A DNA stretch of 64,000 nt from the NCBI RefSeq assembly GCF_006345805.1, contig NC_043024.1:10230001-10294000 (forward strand). The letters are read 5' to 3'. This stretch comes from Octopus sinensis (taxonomy: Eukaryota). The position numbers were made by a program, and so were the translations under genes. The notes beneath the pieces were generated by a model. That model was not told the DNA's origin, ran no database searches, and was given only the letters and a program-made list of their open reading frames with translations. Every line of letters begins with the position of its first letter. Position 1 is the stretch's first letter. This document shows positions 49,099 to 63,000 of this stretch, piece by piece.

Positions 49099-50048
49099 GT
49101 ATATATATGTATATATAGACTGGTGTCCGTGCTAGCGGGGTGCAAAGAGCACCATGCGAGTGTGATCATTGACAGAGTGGCTAACCAGCTTCCGTGCCAG
49201 TGGTACTTAAAAGGCACCATTCGAGCGTGATCGTTACCAGCGCTGGGGTCTATGTTTTCAACTAAAACCCCTCAAGGCAGTGCCCCAGCATGGCCACAGT
49301 CAAATAACAGAAAAAAAGTACTAGGTAAAAGAAAAACCTAAAAAAGTTTTTTAAATTAGTGAAAACTCTTCATTGACCTTCGTGTGATTTGAACTCACGA
49401 CCTAGCAAATTATAACTAAACACCACAAAGCACTTTGTCCTCCCACACTCTTCTAACACTTCCAATAATCATGAATTATCGGAATCACCAATGACTTTCT
49501 TTAAGTTTGCCGAGCTAACGTTGGATTAATATAAATCTATATGGTGGATGGAAGGAGGGAGGCGTGGCTGGACTCACTTCCTGTCTATTGTCCAAGTCAA
49601 ATTGTTGGAGTGTTGAACAAACAGTGGGAATTTCTCAAAGACATGTCTAGACCAATACAGAATGAAAGTCGACTGATTTGATAAATGACTGCCTGTCTTG
49701 GTGTGTGTAAATATATATATACATATCATCATCATCATCATCATCATTGTTTAGCGTCCGTTTTCCATGCTAGCATGGGTTGGACGGTTCTACTGGGGTC
49801 TGTGGAGCCAGAAGGCTTCATCAGGCCCAGTCAAATCTGGCAGTGTTTCTACAGCTGGATGCCCTTCCTAACGCCAACCACTCCATGAGTGTAGTGGGTG
49901 CTTTTTACGTGCCACCCGCACAGGTGCCAGACAGGGCTGGCAAACGGCCACGAACGGATGGTGCTTTTTATGTGCCACCGGCACGAGGGCCAGGCGAGGC
50001 TGGCAACGGACACGAACGGATGGTGCTTTTTACGTGCCACTGGCACGA

Positions 50049-50090
<42 letters not shown>

Positions 50091-50104
50091 ATATATTATT
50101 TATA

Positions 50105-50146
<42 letters not shown>

Positions 50147-50204
50147 ATATATTATATATATATATTATATATATATTATATATATATATATATATATATT
50201 TATA

Positions 50205-50257
<53 letters not shown>

Positions 50258-50346
50258 ATATCTATATATATATATATAGATATATATATATATTATATAT
50301 ATTATATCTATATCTATATATATATATATATATATATATATAGATA

Positions 50347-50377
<31 letters not shown>

Positions 50378-51435
50378 GGCGCAGGAGTGGCTGTGAGGTA
50401 AGTAGCTTGTTTACCAACCACATGGTTCCAGGTTCAGTCCCACTGCGGGGCACCTTGGGCAAGTGTCTTCTACTATAGCCTCGGGCCGACCAAAGCCTTG
50501 TGAGTGGATTTGGTAGACGGAAACTGAAAGAAGCCCGTCATATATATGTATATATATTATATGTGTGTGTGTGTTTGTGTGTCTGTGTTTGTTCCCCTAG
50601 CATTGCTTGACAACCGATGCTGGTGTGTTTATGTCCCCGTTACTTAGCAGTTTGGCAAAATAAACCGATAGAATAAGTACTGGGCTTACAAAAAGAGTAA
50701 GTCCCGGGGTCGAGTTGCTTGATTAAAGGCTGTGCTCCAGCATGGCCGCAGTCAAATGACTGAAACAAGTAAAAGAGTAAAAGAGAGAGTATATATATGT
50801 ATATATCATCATCATCATCATCATCGTCGTTTAATGTCCGCTCTCCGTGCTAGCATGGGTTGGACGATTTTGACTGAGGTCTGGCAAATCAGATGGCTCC
50901 ACCAGGCTCCAATCTTGATCTAGCAGAGTTTCTACAGCTGGATGCCCTTCCTAATGCCGACCACTCCAAGAGTGTAGTGGGTGCTTTTTATGTGCCACCG
51001 GCACGGGGGCCAGTCAGGCGGTACTGGCAATGACCTTGCTCGAATCTTTTTACACATGCCACCGACACAGGTGCCAGTAAGGCGATGCTGGTAACAATAA
51101 CGCTCGAATGGTGACTTTTACATGCCACCAGCACGGAAGCCAGTTAGCCACTCTGGCAACGATCACACTCGGATGGTGCTCTTGGCACCCTACTTGCACG
51201 GGCCCAATTGCCAGTAAGGCGATACCAGTGCCAGAGACTCCAATATGAACATTTCGGAGTGTTTGGGTCGACTTTGCTTTTCATCCTTTTGGGGGTCGTT
51301 AAACTAAGTACCAGTTATGCACTGGGGTTGATGTAATTGACTTAATCCCTTTGTCTATCCCCTCTATGTTTAGCCCCTTGTGGGCAATAAAGAAATAAGA
51401 AACTGAAAGAAGCCCGTCATATATATATATATGTG

Positions 51436-51755
51436 AGGGCGCGTGGCTTAGTGGTTAAGGCATTCGGCTCATGATCGTAAGGTTGTGAGTTCGATTCCCG
51501 GCGACGCGTTGTGTCCTTGAGCAAGACACTTTATTTCACGTTGCTCCAGTCCACTCAGCTGGCAAAAATGAGTTGTACTTGTATTTCAAAGGGTCAGCCT
51601 TGTCACTCTCTGTGTCACGCTGATTATCCCCGAGAACTACGTTAAGGGTACGCGTGTCTGTGGAATGCTCAGCCATTTGCACGTTAATTTCACGAGCAAG
51701 CTGTTCTGTTGATCGTATCAGCTGGGACCCTCGTCGTCGTAACCGGCGGAGTCTT
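51436..51755 (+). mobile_element. tRNA-derived SINE family C
   Basis: A box tggcttagtggtt, B box gagttcgattcc, then ccttgagcaagacactt core. Related minus copies at 51770-52050, 52225-52460 and 58390-58740; related head at 53660. Confidence 0.75.
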
Positions 51756-52188
51756 TATATATATATATATGACCCACTTCGGTCATGACTGACCGTGGGA
51801 TTGCACCTAGAAAGTTCCTATCCAGGCACAAGTCCGAGCAAGGTTGTTTATGGAAGACCAGCAGTCGCCCATGCATACCAGCCTCCCCTCTCCACAACAC
51901 CAGTGTTATCCAAGGGAAAGGCAAAGGGGCCGATACAGCTTGGCACCAGTGACGTCGCAACTCATTTCTACAGCTGAGTGAACTGGAGCAACGTGAAATA
52001 AAGTGTCTTGCTCAAGGACACAACACGCAGCCCGGTCCGGGATTCGAACTCACAACTTCATGAATGTGTGAATAATGTATGTATATATATAAATCAACAT
52101 CATCATCAACATCATCATCATCATCAACATCATCATCGCTGTCGTCACCATCATCATCATCATCATCATCATCATTATCATCATCATT

Positions 52189-52219
<31 letters not shown>

Positions 52220-52639
52220 CCATCATGCATACCAGCCTCCCCTCTCCACACCACTGATGTTATCCAAGGGAAAGGCAAAAGGGGTCGATACAGCTTGGCA
52301 CCTGTGACGTCACAACTCATTTCTACAGTTGAGGGAACTGGAGCAACGTGAAATAAAGTGTCTTGCTCAAGAACACAACACGCAGCCCAGTCCCGGAAAC
52401 GAACTCACTACCTCACAATTGTGAGCCCAATACTCTAACCACTGGGCCATGCACCTTCACAGAATAGGTACCAGGCTTAAAAAGAAATAATTACTGGGGT
52501 CAATTTGTTTGACCAAAACCCCACCATGGGGTCACAATGCTACAGAGTAGGACTGAACCTGGAACCATGCAATTGGCAACCAAGCGTTTTATCCCAGCCA
52601 TGCTGCACCTAAGAATATTTTGATTCTGGTAACCGACCA

Positions 52640-53395
52640 CCTGTGCTGCTAGAAACTCCGATGTCTGGCAGCTGACTTGGCAGACACCCATAAAAGTATT
52701 AACCATCTTACAAACAATAACTCTGAGCACCTTTTCAAACTCCACCTGCCTAACACCCAGCTATCTATCTGCGGCTTTATATAGCTATGGTAAGACCTCA
52801 CCTGGAATTTGCATCACCGGTCTGGAACCCCTATCTTGCCCAGGATATCAATCGTCTGGAAGCCGTTCAGCGACGTGCAACCAAAGGAATACCCTCAATC
52901 AGGCATTTGCCATATTCTTAACGCCTTACTTCCCTGGGCATGGACACATTGAAACTCCGACGTCTGGCAGCTAACTTGGCAGACACCCATAAAATTATCA
53001 ACCATCGTACAAACAATAACTCTGAACACCTTTTCAAAATCCACCCATCTAACATCCGTGGACATGTTTACAAAGTCAGAAAGCAGCACAGCTTCCATGA
53101 CTTCAGGAAACATTTTTGTCTCACTGAGAGTTGCTGAAGCATGGAACAAACTGCCGGCATCAGTTGTTAGTTGTCGGAGCACTGCATCCTTCAAAACTTC
53201 CATGCTTCCCGAGATTCGCCAACACTACACCTGATCTTTCTCCCCTCCATACACACGCAAGCATCTATCTGACTCATACATTGTTCGCTTTCCAGACATT
53301 TCTACATTACTGCATGTACTTTATATGCACTTTCTGACAAGTTGTGGTGCACCTGAGCACCGTATACAATAATTTCATTATATATTATTATAAAT
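52640..53395 (+). mobile_element. CR1-group LINE 3' fragment
   Basis: MVRPHLEFASPVWNP...LEAVQRRATK...WNKLP motifs with stops; about 100 bp duplicated at its 5' junction. Confidence 0.8.
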
Positions 53396-53424
53396 ATAGA
53401 ACTAGGTTTCTTGGAATTACTTAC

Positions 53425-53574
53425 AACATTCGCAGCCCTTCACTTCCGATGTGGTGTGACCATTACAGGTGTTGCATCTGGAGAGATTTGGAATCGATCG
53501 ACAGGTCCTTGACCGCTGTGCTGTGTTGGTACGGCAATCGCAGGCAGACCAAGGGGTCCATTTTGACCAGCCGT
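53425..53574 (-). CDS. Thrombospondin type-1 (TSP1) exon
   Basis: tctcttatttag acceptor and t|gtaagt donor; 150 nt, phase 1/1; GWSKWTPWSACDCRTNTAQRSRTC...C. Confidence 0.88.
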
Positions 53575-53591
53575 CTAAATAAGAGAAAGAA

Positions 53592-53634
<43 letters not shown>

Positions 53635-53975
53635 AATATATATATATACACACACACGCGTGGAGGCGCAATGGCCTAGTGGTTAGGGCAGTGGACTCGC
53701 GGTCGTAGGATCGTGGTTTCGATTCCCAAACCGGGTGTTGTGAGCGAAAACACCTAAAAAAGCTCCACGAAGCTCCGGCAGGAGGTGGTGATCCCTGCTG
53801 TACTCTTTCACCACTCTTTCTCTCACTCTTTCTTCAGTTGGCCTGCTCGGTTAGCCAGCGGGGTGGCATCATTCGAAGGCTAAAACAATGCGAACGCATT
53901 GTGACCAGCGATGTGTAGCAACATCTGATGGTCTGGTCGGTCATGTGATCATGTGATATATATACACACACACAC

Positions 53976-54011
<36 letters not shown>

Positions 54012-54588
54012 TAATGAATAAAATAGAACATATGCATATATATAAACATATATGTACGTACCTACCTCTACATGTACATATACACGCATATATGAGTACA
54101 GGACACCAAAAGGACGTCGAACACAATGAGAAACGAAAACATAGACACAAACCAAAGGAACTGGACATTTTTTTAAAAACAGCAAAAAAATAGAATACAG
54201 GACAATTAACACAAAGAAAAAACCCCTTCTTCAGTCGCTAAGGTTTCATCTACTCTACGTTTCGAAGGATAATATATATATAAATTAATTTACAAAGGTG
54301 TCATTAATTCAATTATTATCCAATGTAACTATTTTAAAAATGATAATAACAGAATCAATGACACAGGAGGAGGAGGAGGGGGAGAAGAAGAAGACGGAGA
54401 AGAAGAAGAAGAAGAAGAAGAAGAAGAAGAAACGAAGAAGAAGAAACGAAGAAGAAGGAGAAGAAGAAGAAGAAGAAGAAGAAGAAACGAAGACGAATAA
54501 TAATAATAAGAAGAAGAAGAAGGAGGAGGAGGAGCGCCACAACCACCTCCACCATACAATGAAAAATAAACAAAGTAACCCCACTCAC

Positions 54589-54815
54589 GGTTCTCCGCAA
54601 CACAGACAACCGATGACCTTTCCACGCATTTTTTCGACATCCATCTGGACCCCGATTCCATGTAGGCACAGTAATGGTAGTTCAAGACATTGGGATGATA
54701 CTTCCTGCTCCAGAAACTGAAGCTCAAAGGAGTTCCGTCTTCCCATTCCCAATGTTGGCCCTTTCCTCTGGAGGAACTTTGTAATCCGATCCAGTGATCG
54801 GAATGCTTGAAGTGT
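54589..54815 (-). CDS. C-type lectin domain, C-terminal exon
   Basis: tacag acceptor and c|gtgagt donor; 227 nt, phase 2/1; HWIGL...WEWEDGT...FW...CAYM...WMSKKC...VC. Confidence 0.88.
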
Positions 54816-55529
54816 CTGTAATAATAATGATGGTAGCGTTTAATAAAATGGTACACACACACACACACAAACACATCAACACACATAGGCATAGGAGTGG
54901 CTGTGTGGTAAGTAGCTTGCTTACCAACCACATGGTTCCAGGTTCAGTCCTACTGCGTGGCACCTTGGGCAAGTGTTTTCTACTATAGCTTCAGGCTGAC
55001 CAAAGCTTTGTGAGTGGATTTGGTAGACGGAAACTGAGAGAAGCCTGTCGTATAGATGTATATATATGTGTGTGTGTATATGTCTGTGTGTCTGTGTTTG
55101 TCCTCCCAATATCGCATGACAACCGATGCTGGTGTGTTTACATCCCTGTAACTTAGCGGTTCGGTAAAAGAGACCGAAAGAATAAGTACTAGGCTTACAA
55201 AGAATAAGTCCTGGGGGTTCGATTTGCTCGACTAAAGGCGGTGCTCCAGCATGGCCACAGTCACATGACTGAAACAAGTAAAAAAAAGTAAAAAGTACAC
55301 ACACATGCACGCACACACACACACACACACACACATACAGGCATATGTGTACTGACACGCATACACATGCAATCATACATGCACACACACATACAGACAT
55401 ATGCATACACACACATACATGCACAAACTCACACACATAGACATATACATGCACACACATACGCATACACATATATCTATCTACCTGTCTGTCTATTTAG
55501 TTAGTTTGTTAATTTTTTGGCTCAAAAAG

Positions 55530-56750
55530 CAAAAAGCAAGGCCATGTAGGGGCACATGGAGTTATGTACAGGGTGGTGTTCATGTAAAGAGTTCAGGCCA
55601 CTTGAGGTCAAGGGAGACTTTGAACAAAGCGGTCGTCGGCATCTTCACCATCTCGTCTGGTAGCTTGTTCCACGGATCCGCAACCCGGACGGAGAAAGCC
55701 CCTCTCCTTCGATTGAGATGAAATCGTCACAGATAGAGCTTTTCGGAATGACCCCGCAGCCGACGCTCTGGAGCAGGAGTGAAGAACAGCTCTTTCGAGA
55801 GGTTACACTTTCCGCTTATGCTGTTGTGAGGCCATGTAGGGGGACATGGAGTTATGTACAGGGTGGTGTTCATGCAAAGAGTTCAGGCCACTTGAGGTCA
55901 AGGGAGACTTTGAACAAAGCGGTCGTCGGCATCTTCACCATCTCGTCCGGCAGCTTATTCCACGGATCCGCAACCCGGACGGAGAAAGCCCCTCTCCTTC
56001 GATTGAGATGAAATTGTCGTAGATAGAGCTTTTCGGAATGACCCCGCAGCCGACGCTCTGTAGCAGGAGTGAAGAACAGCTCTTTCGAGAGGTTACACTT
56101 TCCGCTTATGATGTTGTGAGCGAGAATGAGATCACCACAGCGTCGTCGTTTTTCTAGAGAATAAAGGTCGAGCGTCTTCAGCCTTTCTTCATAAGACAAA
56201 TTCTTGAGACCAAGAACCATGCGGGTAGCCAGCTTCTGTACTCTTTCAAGATGCTGTATGTCTTTGAGGAGATCAGGAGAAGAGGCTTGAATCCCATACT
56301 CCAATATGGGTCTCACCAGCGTGACATAGAGCGGTAGGAATATGGCTGCTGTGAGCATTCCGAATGACCGTCGAATCAAGAACAGAATTTCGCGTGCTTT
56401 GTTGGCAGCATGGCCGCACTGGGCCGAAGGCGAAAAGGAGGAATCCACCAAGATACCCAGGTCCTTTACCTGATCGGTCCTCTCCAGCAGCAGACGACCC
56501 GGCTCGAAATCAAGTTGAGTTGCAGGAGGAGAGCCAACAGGCAGATGACAGCACTTTGACACGTTCAGAAACAGATCCCATTCGTTAGACCATCTCCAAA
56601 TTTGGTGGAGGCATCGACGAAGATCCTCTATATCACCGCCAGGAGCGACCAGTTTGACATCGTCGGCAAATAGAAGGGTGTGTTGCATGAGGTCGTCGGG
56701 CAAGTCATTTATGAAGACTAAGAACAATAAGGGCCGAAGCACATTTATCA
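55530..56750 (-). mobile_element. CR1-group LINE RT fragment with 290-bp 3' tandem duplication
   Basis: PLLFLVFINDLP, LFADDVKL, KDLGILVD and LVRPILEY motifs; 55540-55820 repeats at 55830-56110. Confidence 0.88.
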
Positions 56751-56759
56751 ATATATATA

Positions 56760-57136
56760 CACTTGCGTCAGAAATTAATTAGCACTTCTCAAATTTCTAC
56801 ATTAAATAGGTTAAATCAATTAACCTATGAGCTGTTCAAAACGTCTTACGCGATGAGAAAACTTAGTATGGTGTGATTTCAGTCCTTGCGAGGCGCTACC
56901 TATATCTATTAAACAAAGGAAGATTTGTCTGCATCCGCACTCCAAGTTGTTGCACTGCTATGTCAACATCATAAGGCTGTAGACTCTCAAACTGCTCTGC
57001 AAACAAAGTTACGTCATCGTTCTGTGCAACAGTGAACTCGCAACAAAGCAATAGTTCGAGATATGGCCACTAGGTGACAGCACATACCTTGAGTGAAGAG
57101 TAAATCAAGGGTGCTAATTAATTTCTGACGGTAGTG
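56760..57136. mobile_element. Tc1-like MITE, TA TSD
   Basis: TIRs cacttgcgtcagaaattaattagcac / gtgctaattaatttctgacggtagtg. Confidence 0.8.
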
Positions 57137-57382
57137 TACATCCGATGTGTATAGTATTATATATCCATCATGGCCAATCCTACCAATTGGCTTTGTGTTA
57201 GAGGTACAACAAAGTGTCAGGTAAAAATCTGATTAGATAACCCTATGCTCCTTAACCGATATGCTCAGCTACCTCTGATGAGTATAGGGTTGTATGATCA
57301 GATTGTTACCTAACACTCCATTGTACTCCTAGCACAAAACCAATTGGTACGATTGGCCGAGGTGGATATACAATACTGTACA
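57137..57382. mobile_element. Imperfect fold-back element
   Basis: ggccaatcctaccaattgg... is matched by ...ccaattggtacgattggcc. Confidence 0.6.
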
Positions 57383-57994
57383 CTTCAGACAATTATACCC
57401 ACTTTATTGACAGATATACAAGTGCACCCTTTTCCTGACTGATGGACTTTTCTATATATATATATACATATAAATGAATGACTGAATTATCCTTTGTTTA
57501 CCGTTAACATGGAAAATTCAATAAACAGTTACCAGGGTAGCAACCTATTCAAATGATAGAAACTCCAGTCTAATGTGCAGTAATTTGTATAGTATAAGTA
57601 AATAAATGGAGTTGAACACAGATGTTATTCAAATTCTTTTACTTTCGACATATGTTTCAAACACAACATTGATTTTGTTCCAAAGGAATGAACAGTGTAA
57701 AATAATGCAATCTTCTCATCAGGAAAGAAAGAGAACCTATCTCAACAAAAAGACATTATAACAACTTTGATGACTGCATAAATGATAAACAGAACGTTAT
57801 TAAGTATTTAAAAAAGCCGTTAGTAGATTTGACGTCAAAGGCAGATACTAGGAAGAGAAGGGTTAAAGAAATAATAAGTAGAGAACAAATAAAGAGGGAT
57901 ATATTGGTTGAAAAAATGTTCAAAGGCTTGGAAGTAGATTTCTCAATTGAAGTAAAGTGCAAGTTGAACTAAATGTTCAAACTATAAAGACTGG

Positions 57995-58793
57995 TAAAAA
58001 TCCCAGCCAAGCTGCAGCAATTTTTTTCTGGTTCACAAAGAAACGTACGATCTTGCATTATCATGTTGGAAAAAAACACCCTTCGTGTTGGCCAATTCTG
58101 GACGTTTCTCTTGAATTGCTGCTTTTAACTCGTCCACTTGTGTGCAGTATTTCTCAGAATTAATTGTCTGGTTACTTGGGAGAAGCTCATAGTACAGAAT
58201 TCCTTTCCAATTCCACCAGACACAAAGTAAGACTTTTTTAAGGTGAAGTGTCAAAAATGAACTTTCTTATCTTCCATTTTAAAGGGTTACAGAATTAACA
58301 CAGGTTATAGGAACATAAACCTTCTTCCACAAAAAGATAGCTTAAACTGTGCTCTAAATGGAGGTGTAGCCAAATGCTACAGCCGAAAGGTATTGTGTGA
58401 CCCCCTTCGGTCAGACACTGACCATGGGTTGGCACCTAGAGAGTTACCCTCTGAGGCACAAGTCTGGGCAAGGTTGGTTTTTTTGGGGGTTTTTTTTTAT
58501 GGAAGACCAGCAGTCGCCCATGCATACCGGCCTCCCCTCTCCACGCCACCAGTGTTATCCAAGGGAAAGACAAAGGTCGATACAGCTTGGCACCAGTGAC
58601 GTCGCAACTCATTTCTACAGCTGAGTGAACTGGAGCAACGTGAAAATAAAGTGTGTTGCTCAAGAACACAACACGCAGCCCGGTTCGGGATTCGAGCTCA
58701 CAACCTCACGATCGTAAGCTCGACGCTCTAACCACTGAGCCAAGTCAAAAGGTAAGCTGCTATAAATCAGCACAAACTTTCCGGACGACCCAA
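57995..58793 (-). mobile_element. Mariner relic (catalytic-core fragment) interrupted by a SINE
   Basis: KVLLCVWWNWKGILYYELL and FQHDNAR motifs; TIR at about 58765-58793 followed by TA. Confidence 0.85.
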
Positions 58794-59282
58794 TATATAC
58801 TCTTTTATTCTTTTACTTGTTTCAGTCATTTGACTGCGGCCATGCTGCAGCACCACCTTTAGTCGAGCAAATCGACCCCGGGACTTATTCTTTGTAAGCC
58901 CAGTACTTATTCTATCGGTCTGTTTTGCCGAACCGCTAAGTGACGGGGACGTAAACACTCCAGCATATGTTGTCAAGCAATGCTAGGGGGACAAACACAG
59001 ACACACAAACATATACACACATACATATATATATATATAATATATATATATACATATATACGACAGGCTTCTTTCAGTTTCCGTCTACCAAATCCACTCA
59101 CAAGGCATTGGTCGGCCCGGGGCTATAGCAGAAGACACTTGCCCAAGATGCCACGCAGTGGGACTGAACCCGGAACCATGTGGTTGGTAAGCAAGCTACT
59201 TACCACACAGCCACTCCAGTATATATATACATACAGGTATATATATACATATATACATGTATATATACATACAAATTCTTAC

Positions 59283-59457
59283 CGTATTCTTGTTTGGTGG
59301 AATGCTTTTCCAATTGCTTTCACTGATTCCATGTCTTTGAGGTAAGGCAGTTGGCTATGGTATTTTTTGCAAAATTTTGAAGCTGAATACCATATCATTT
59401 TCGTATTCCAGAAGGTGTACAGCATGTTCTGCTGCTCTTGGCATTTGACATCCAGGT
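59283..59457 (-). CDS. C-type lectin domain, N-terminal exon
   Basis: tttctttccgattag acceptor and cg|gtaaga donor; 175 nt, phase 1/2; MLYTFWNTKMIWYSASKFCKKYHSQLPYL. Joins 54815 in frame. Confidence 0.85.
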
Positions 59458-59519
59458 CTAATCGGAAAGAAAAAGAGGGAAACCAACAGAATAACTGTTG
59501 TGTTAACTTTACACTGTGA

Positions 59520-59521
59520 TG

Positions 59522-59558
<37 letters not shown>

Positions 59559-59601
59559 TAATAATAATAATAATAACAATAATAATAATAATAATAATAA
59601 C

Positions 59602-59654
<53 letters not shown>

Positions 59655-59680
59655 TAATAATAATAATAATAATAATAATT
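59520..59680. repeat. (AAT)n microsatellite with periodic AAC
   Basis: Directly visible. Other large arrays: (AAT)n 7133-7290, (TA)n 50055-50377, (GAA)n 54365-54535. Confidence 0.95.
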
Positions 59681-60099
59681 TAAAAAATGATGATGCTATG
59701 ATTCTCCCTTGTCGAACACAACTTCCCTATTCACAAACAATACAGAACAGCCCTTCCTTAATTTTTCTTAAGCCTAATAGTAGTAAACATCTGAACTTTT
59801 TTTGAGGGATAGGACCGCACCTAAAGAAAAAAAAAAAAAAAAAAGACAGTCAGCCAGCCAACCACCAAGCCAGCCAACGAGACAGACAGACACTACTGTG
59901 ATGGTGATAATGATAAAAAAAACCAAAAATAACAATAATAAGATACTGATCATTGATGATGATGGTGGTGATGATGATAATGATGATGGTAATGGTGGTG
60001 ATAATGATGATAGTGATGGTAATGGTGAAGATAACAATAAGAAGCCGACTACGGCTGCTATAATGGTACGATTATAATTGTAATGGCAATGATGGCCGT

Positions 60100-63000
60100 C
60101 TCCCCACGAGCCAATCAAAGCTAAAAAATGATAACATTATCGTAGCACGAAAATGTTTTTGGAAACTAAAAGGAAAACTAAATCAGTATACCAAATTGCT
60201 TGTCCTATGGTTAATCTGGAAGCGCGTCCCCCAGGGAAGAGCCAGCCTGGGATCGAAAAGTCATCAACTGGCACAAACTCTTCTCCGAATACGGACATGG
60301 ATGGTCACTTGAACGGGAAGTCCCCCAACTCGAGCCCTCCAAGTTCACCACCACAACCACCACAGAAAGAAAAATGTAAGCGGAACAAATGGACCCGAGA
60401 AGAGTATAAAGAAGTAATATACGCTTATTACTATGCATTAGGTAGGCCATCTCAAGAGAGACACACCGCAAACTCTTACAGTATATGGAGAACACGGAAT
60501 CAAGACAGTAGGCCCTATTTGGACGAGAACAAATTAGCAAATGTGAGGAGAGGGATATCTTTAGAAATAACAGACTCACAGACAGTGAAATAAGCGCGAT
60601 CAAGCACGCAACGGAAAATGACATAAATATAAGACACAAAGGAAATGAAGAATCAGATGAACAGTATAGCCCGCCACGAGGCTTAATTGAAAGACTGCCA
60701 TCTGACCAAAGTACGCAAAGGCCTGAAGATACAAGAAATTCTATTGTACCTGTTAAAGATAGCCAGGAAAACGAAAAAACAACAGTAACTGAAGATCTCG
60801 CATTTGCTGAAGAACACAGAGAGTCTATAGCAGAAATGAGGCAGAAAATCCTGAATACGCTTGAAGTTGTAAGACATACAAGTATGAATGATAGAGAACC
60901 GCTTCATAAACTCTCAAATACAAACCAAAATAAAAAACAAATCCAAATTGGCAACTATGTAACAAATGAAATAATACGAGAATTAAAACCTGATTTTACT
61001 GAGTTAAATGAAATTATTTACGCTTCTGCTAGGGCAATTGAAACCAGCTGTATGCCCCCGAAAAAACAAAGAAAACAAAACCTGGGAAGAAATCAAACCT
61101 GGAGAAGTAAAATTGAAAAAGAGATTGAATTTATGAGAGGGGAAATATCAATATTAAATGAACTAATATGTGGAAATGATGTAAGATCCAGAACAGGAAG
61201 AAAGATGAAGAGAAAATTGGATCCTCACCAAGAGAAGAACTGATATCAATAAAAGAAATGCTGAAACAAAAGTCCAAGCAAAAGCCCAAAGAATACGAAG
61301 ATTTGAGAAGAGAAACAAGTTTTACAAGCAAAATAAGCTGTTCACATCCAATGCCAAAAAATTCTACAGAGAAATAGGGAAGGAGAAAGTAACCATTAAA
61401 GACCCCCCTCCCATGGAAGAAGTTCAAAACTTTTGGAAAAGGATTTGGAGTGACAAGAAGACGTACAACATAAATGCAGACTGGATTATACAAACTGAAG
61501 GATCCTACCAAAATTTACAACAACAAGCATGGGAAGACATCACAATAGCAGACCTAAGAAAGGCACTCACGAAGGCCCATAATTGGAAATCCCCCGGTAA
61601 AGATAGGGTGCCGAATTTCTGGCTCGCATCGCTCCGTGCGCACACGGTAAGCTAGTTCAGCTGCTCAATGGAATTATGAGAGACCCAAAGAAAACACCTG
61701 AATGGTTAGCAAGTGGCATTACTTACCTACTCCCAAAGAATAACGAAACCAACCTTCCAAAAAACTATCGGCCTATAACCTGTCTATCCACCACGTATAA
61801 AATCCTAACATCTATCCTGGCGGAGAAAACATATGCATTCATGGAGAAGAACGATATTTTCCCCATTGAACAAAAAGGGTGCCGCCGAGGCTCTTACAGA
61901 TGCAAAGATCAACTGCTAATCAATCGTATGATCCTTGAGAACTGTCACAACAAGCGCAGAAATCAGCACACCGCATGGATTGACTATAAAAAGGCCTTCG
62001 ACAGTATACCGCATCCATGGATCTTGAGATCGCTGGACATCTTCAAAATTTCCCCTGTGATTTCAAACTTCCTGAAGCACAATATGTCGTTGTGGAATAC
62101 GAATCTCCAATTATACCACTCTAATGGAGTACTTGCCTCAGAAAATATAAACATCAACTGTGGAATTTTTCAAGGTGACTCACTTTCACCTTTAATATTC
62201 TGCATAGCCCTAATACCCCTTACAAGTGAATTAAACAGAACAGGGTATGGGTATAAAATTGCCAATAAAAAAATAAGCCATCTATTTTATATGGATGACT
62301 TAAAACTTTATGGTAAAAACAATAATCATTCAGCGATGACATCGGGATGGAGTTTGGACTTGAGAAGTGTACCAAGGCCACTTTCCAGAAAGGGAAAGTG
62401 AAGACCACAAATTCAGTCGTGTTAGATGTTGACACAGTCATAAGAGAGCTTGAGCAAGAACAAACATACAAATATTTAGGGATAAATGAAGGCTCTGGTA
62501 TTCAGCATGCCAGCATGAAAGAAAAATCAGGAAGGAATGTTATAGGAGAGTTCGTGCAGTCCTGAAATCTGAACTAAATGCATAAACAAGGTGTTAGCTA
62601 TAAATTCCCTAGCAGTTCCAGTTGTTACTTATAGCTACAATGTGTTGAACTGGAATATGAGTGAAGTAAAGAATATAGATAGAAAAATACGCAAGCTGCT
62701 GAGTTGTAATAGGATGCACCACCCAAAGCAGACGTAGATCACCTTTACCTTCCCAGAGCCCAAGGAGGTCGAGGCCTGATCCAATTTGAACTAGCTTACA
62801 AAACAACCACAATTGGACTGGCCAAATATCTCGAATATCGAATGACTGGATGCTAAAGCTCGTGGAAAATCACGAGAGACGAAAGAAGCTTCATTCTATC
62901 ATCAAGGAAAGCAAAAAATTTGCTATTGATCTCGTGCAGGATACCCAAACTGAACAACCCGAGGGAAGTACGGCAACTATTGTTGCAAAGAAGGTGAAAA

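Noticed and set aside
54225-54270. Permuted hammerhead halves (GAAACGTA...CTGAAGA)
   Set aside because: Helix I does not pair.
59701-59800. Possible signal-peptide exon of the lectin gene
   Set aside because: Weak splice sites and no start codon in the hydrophobic frame.
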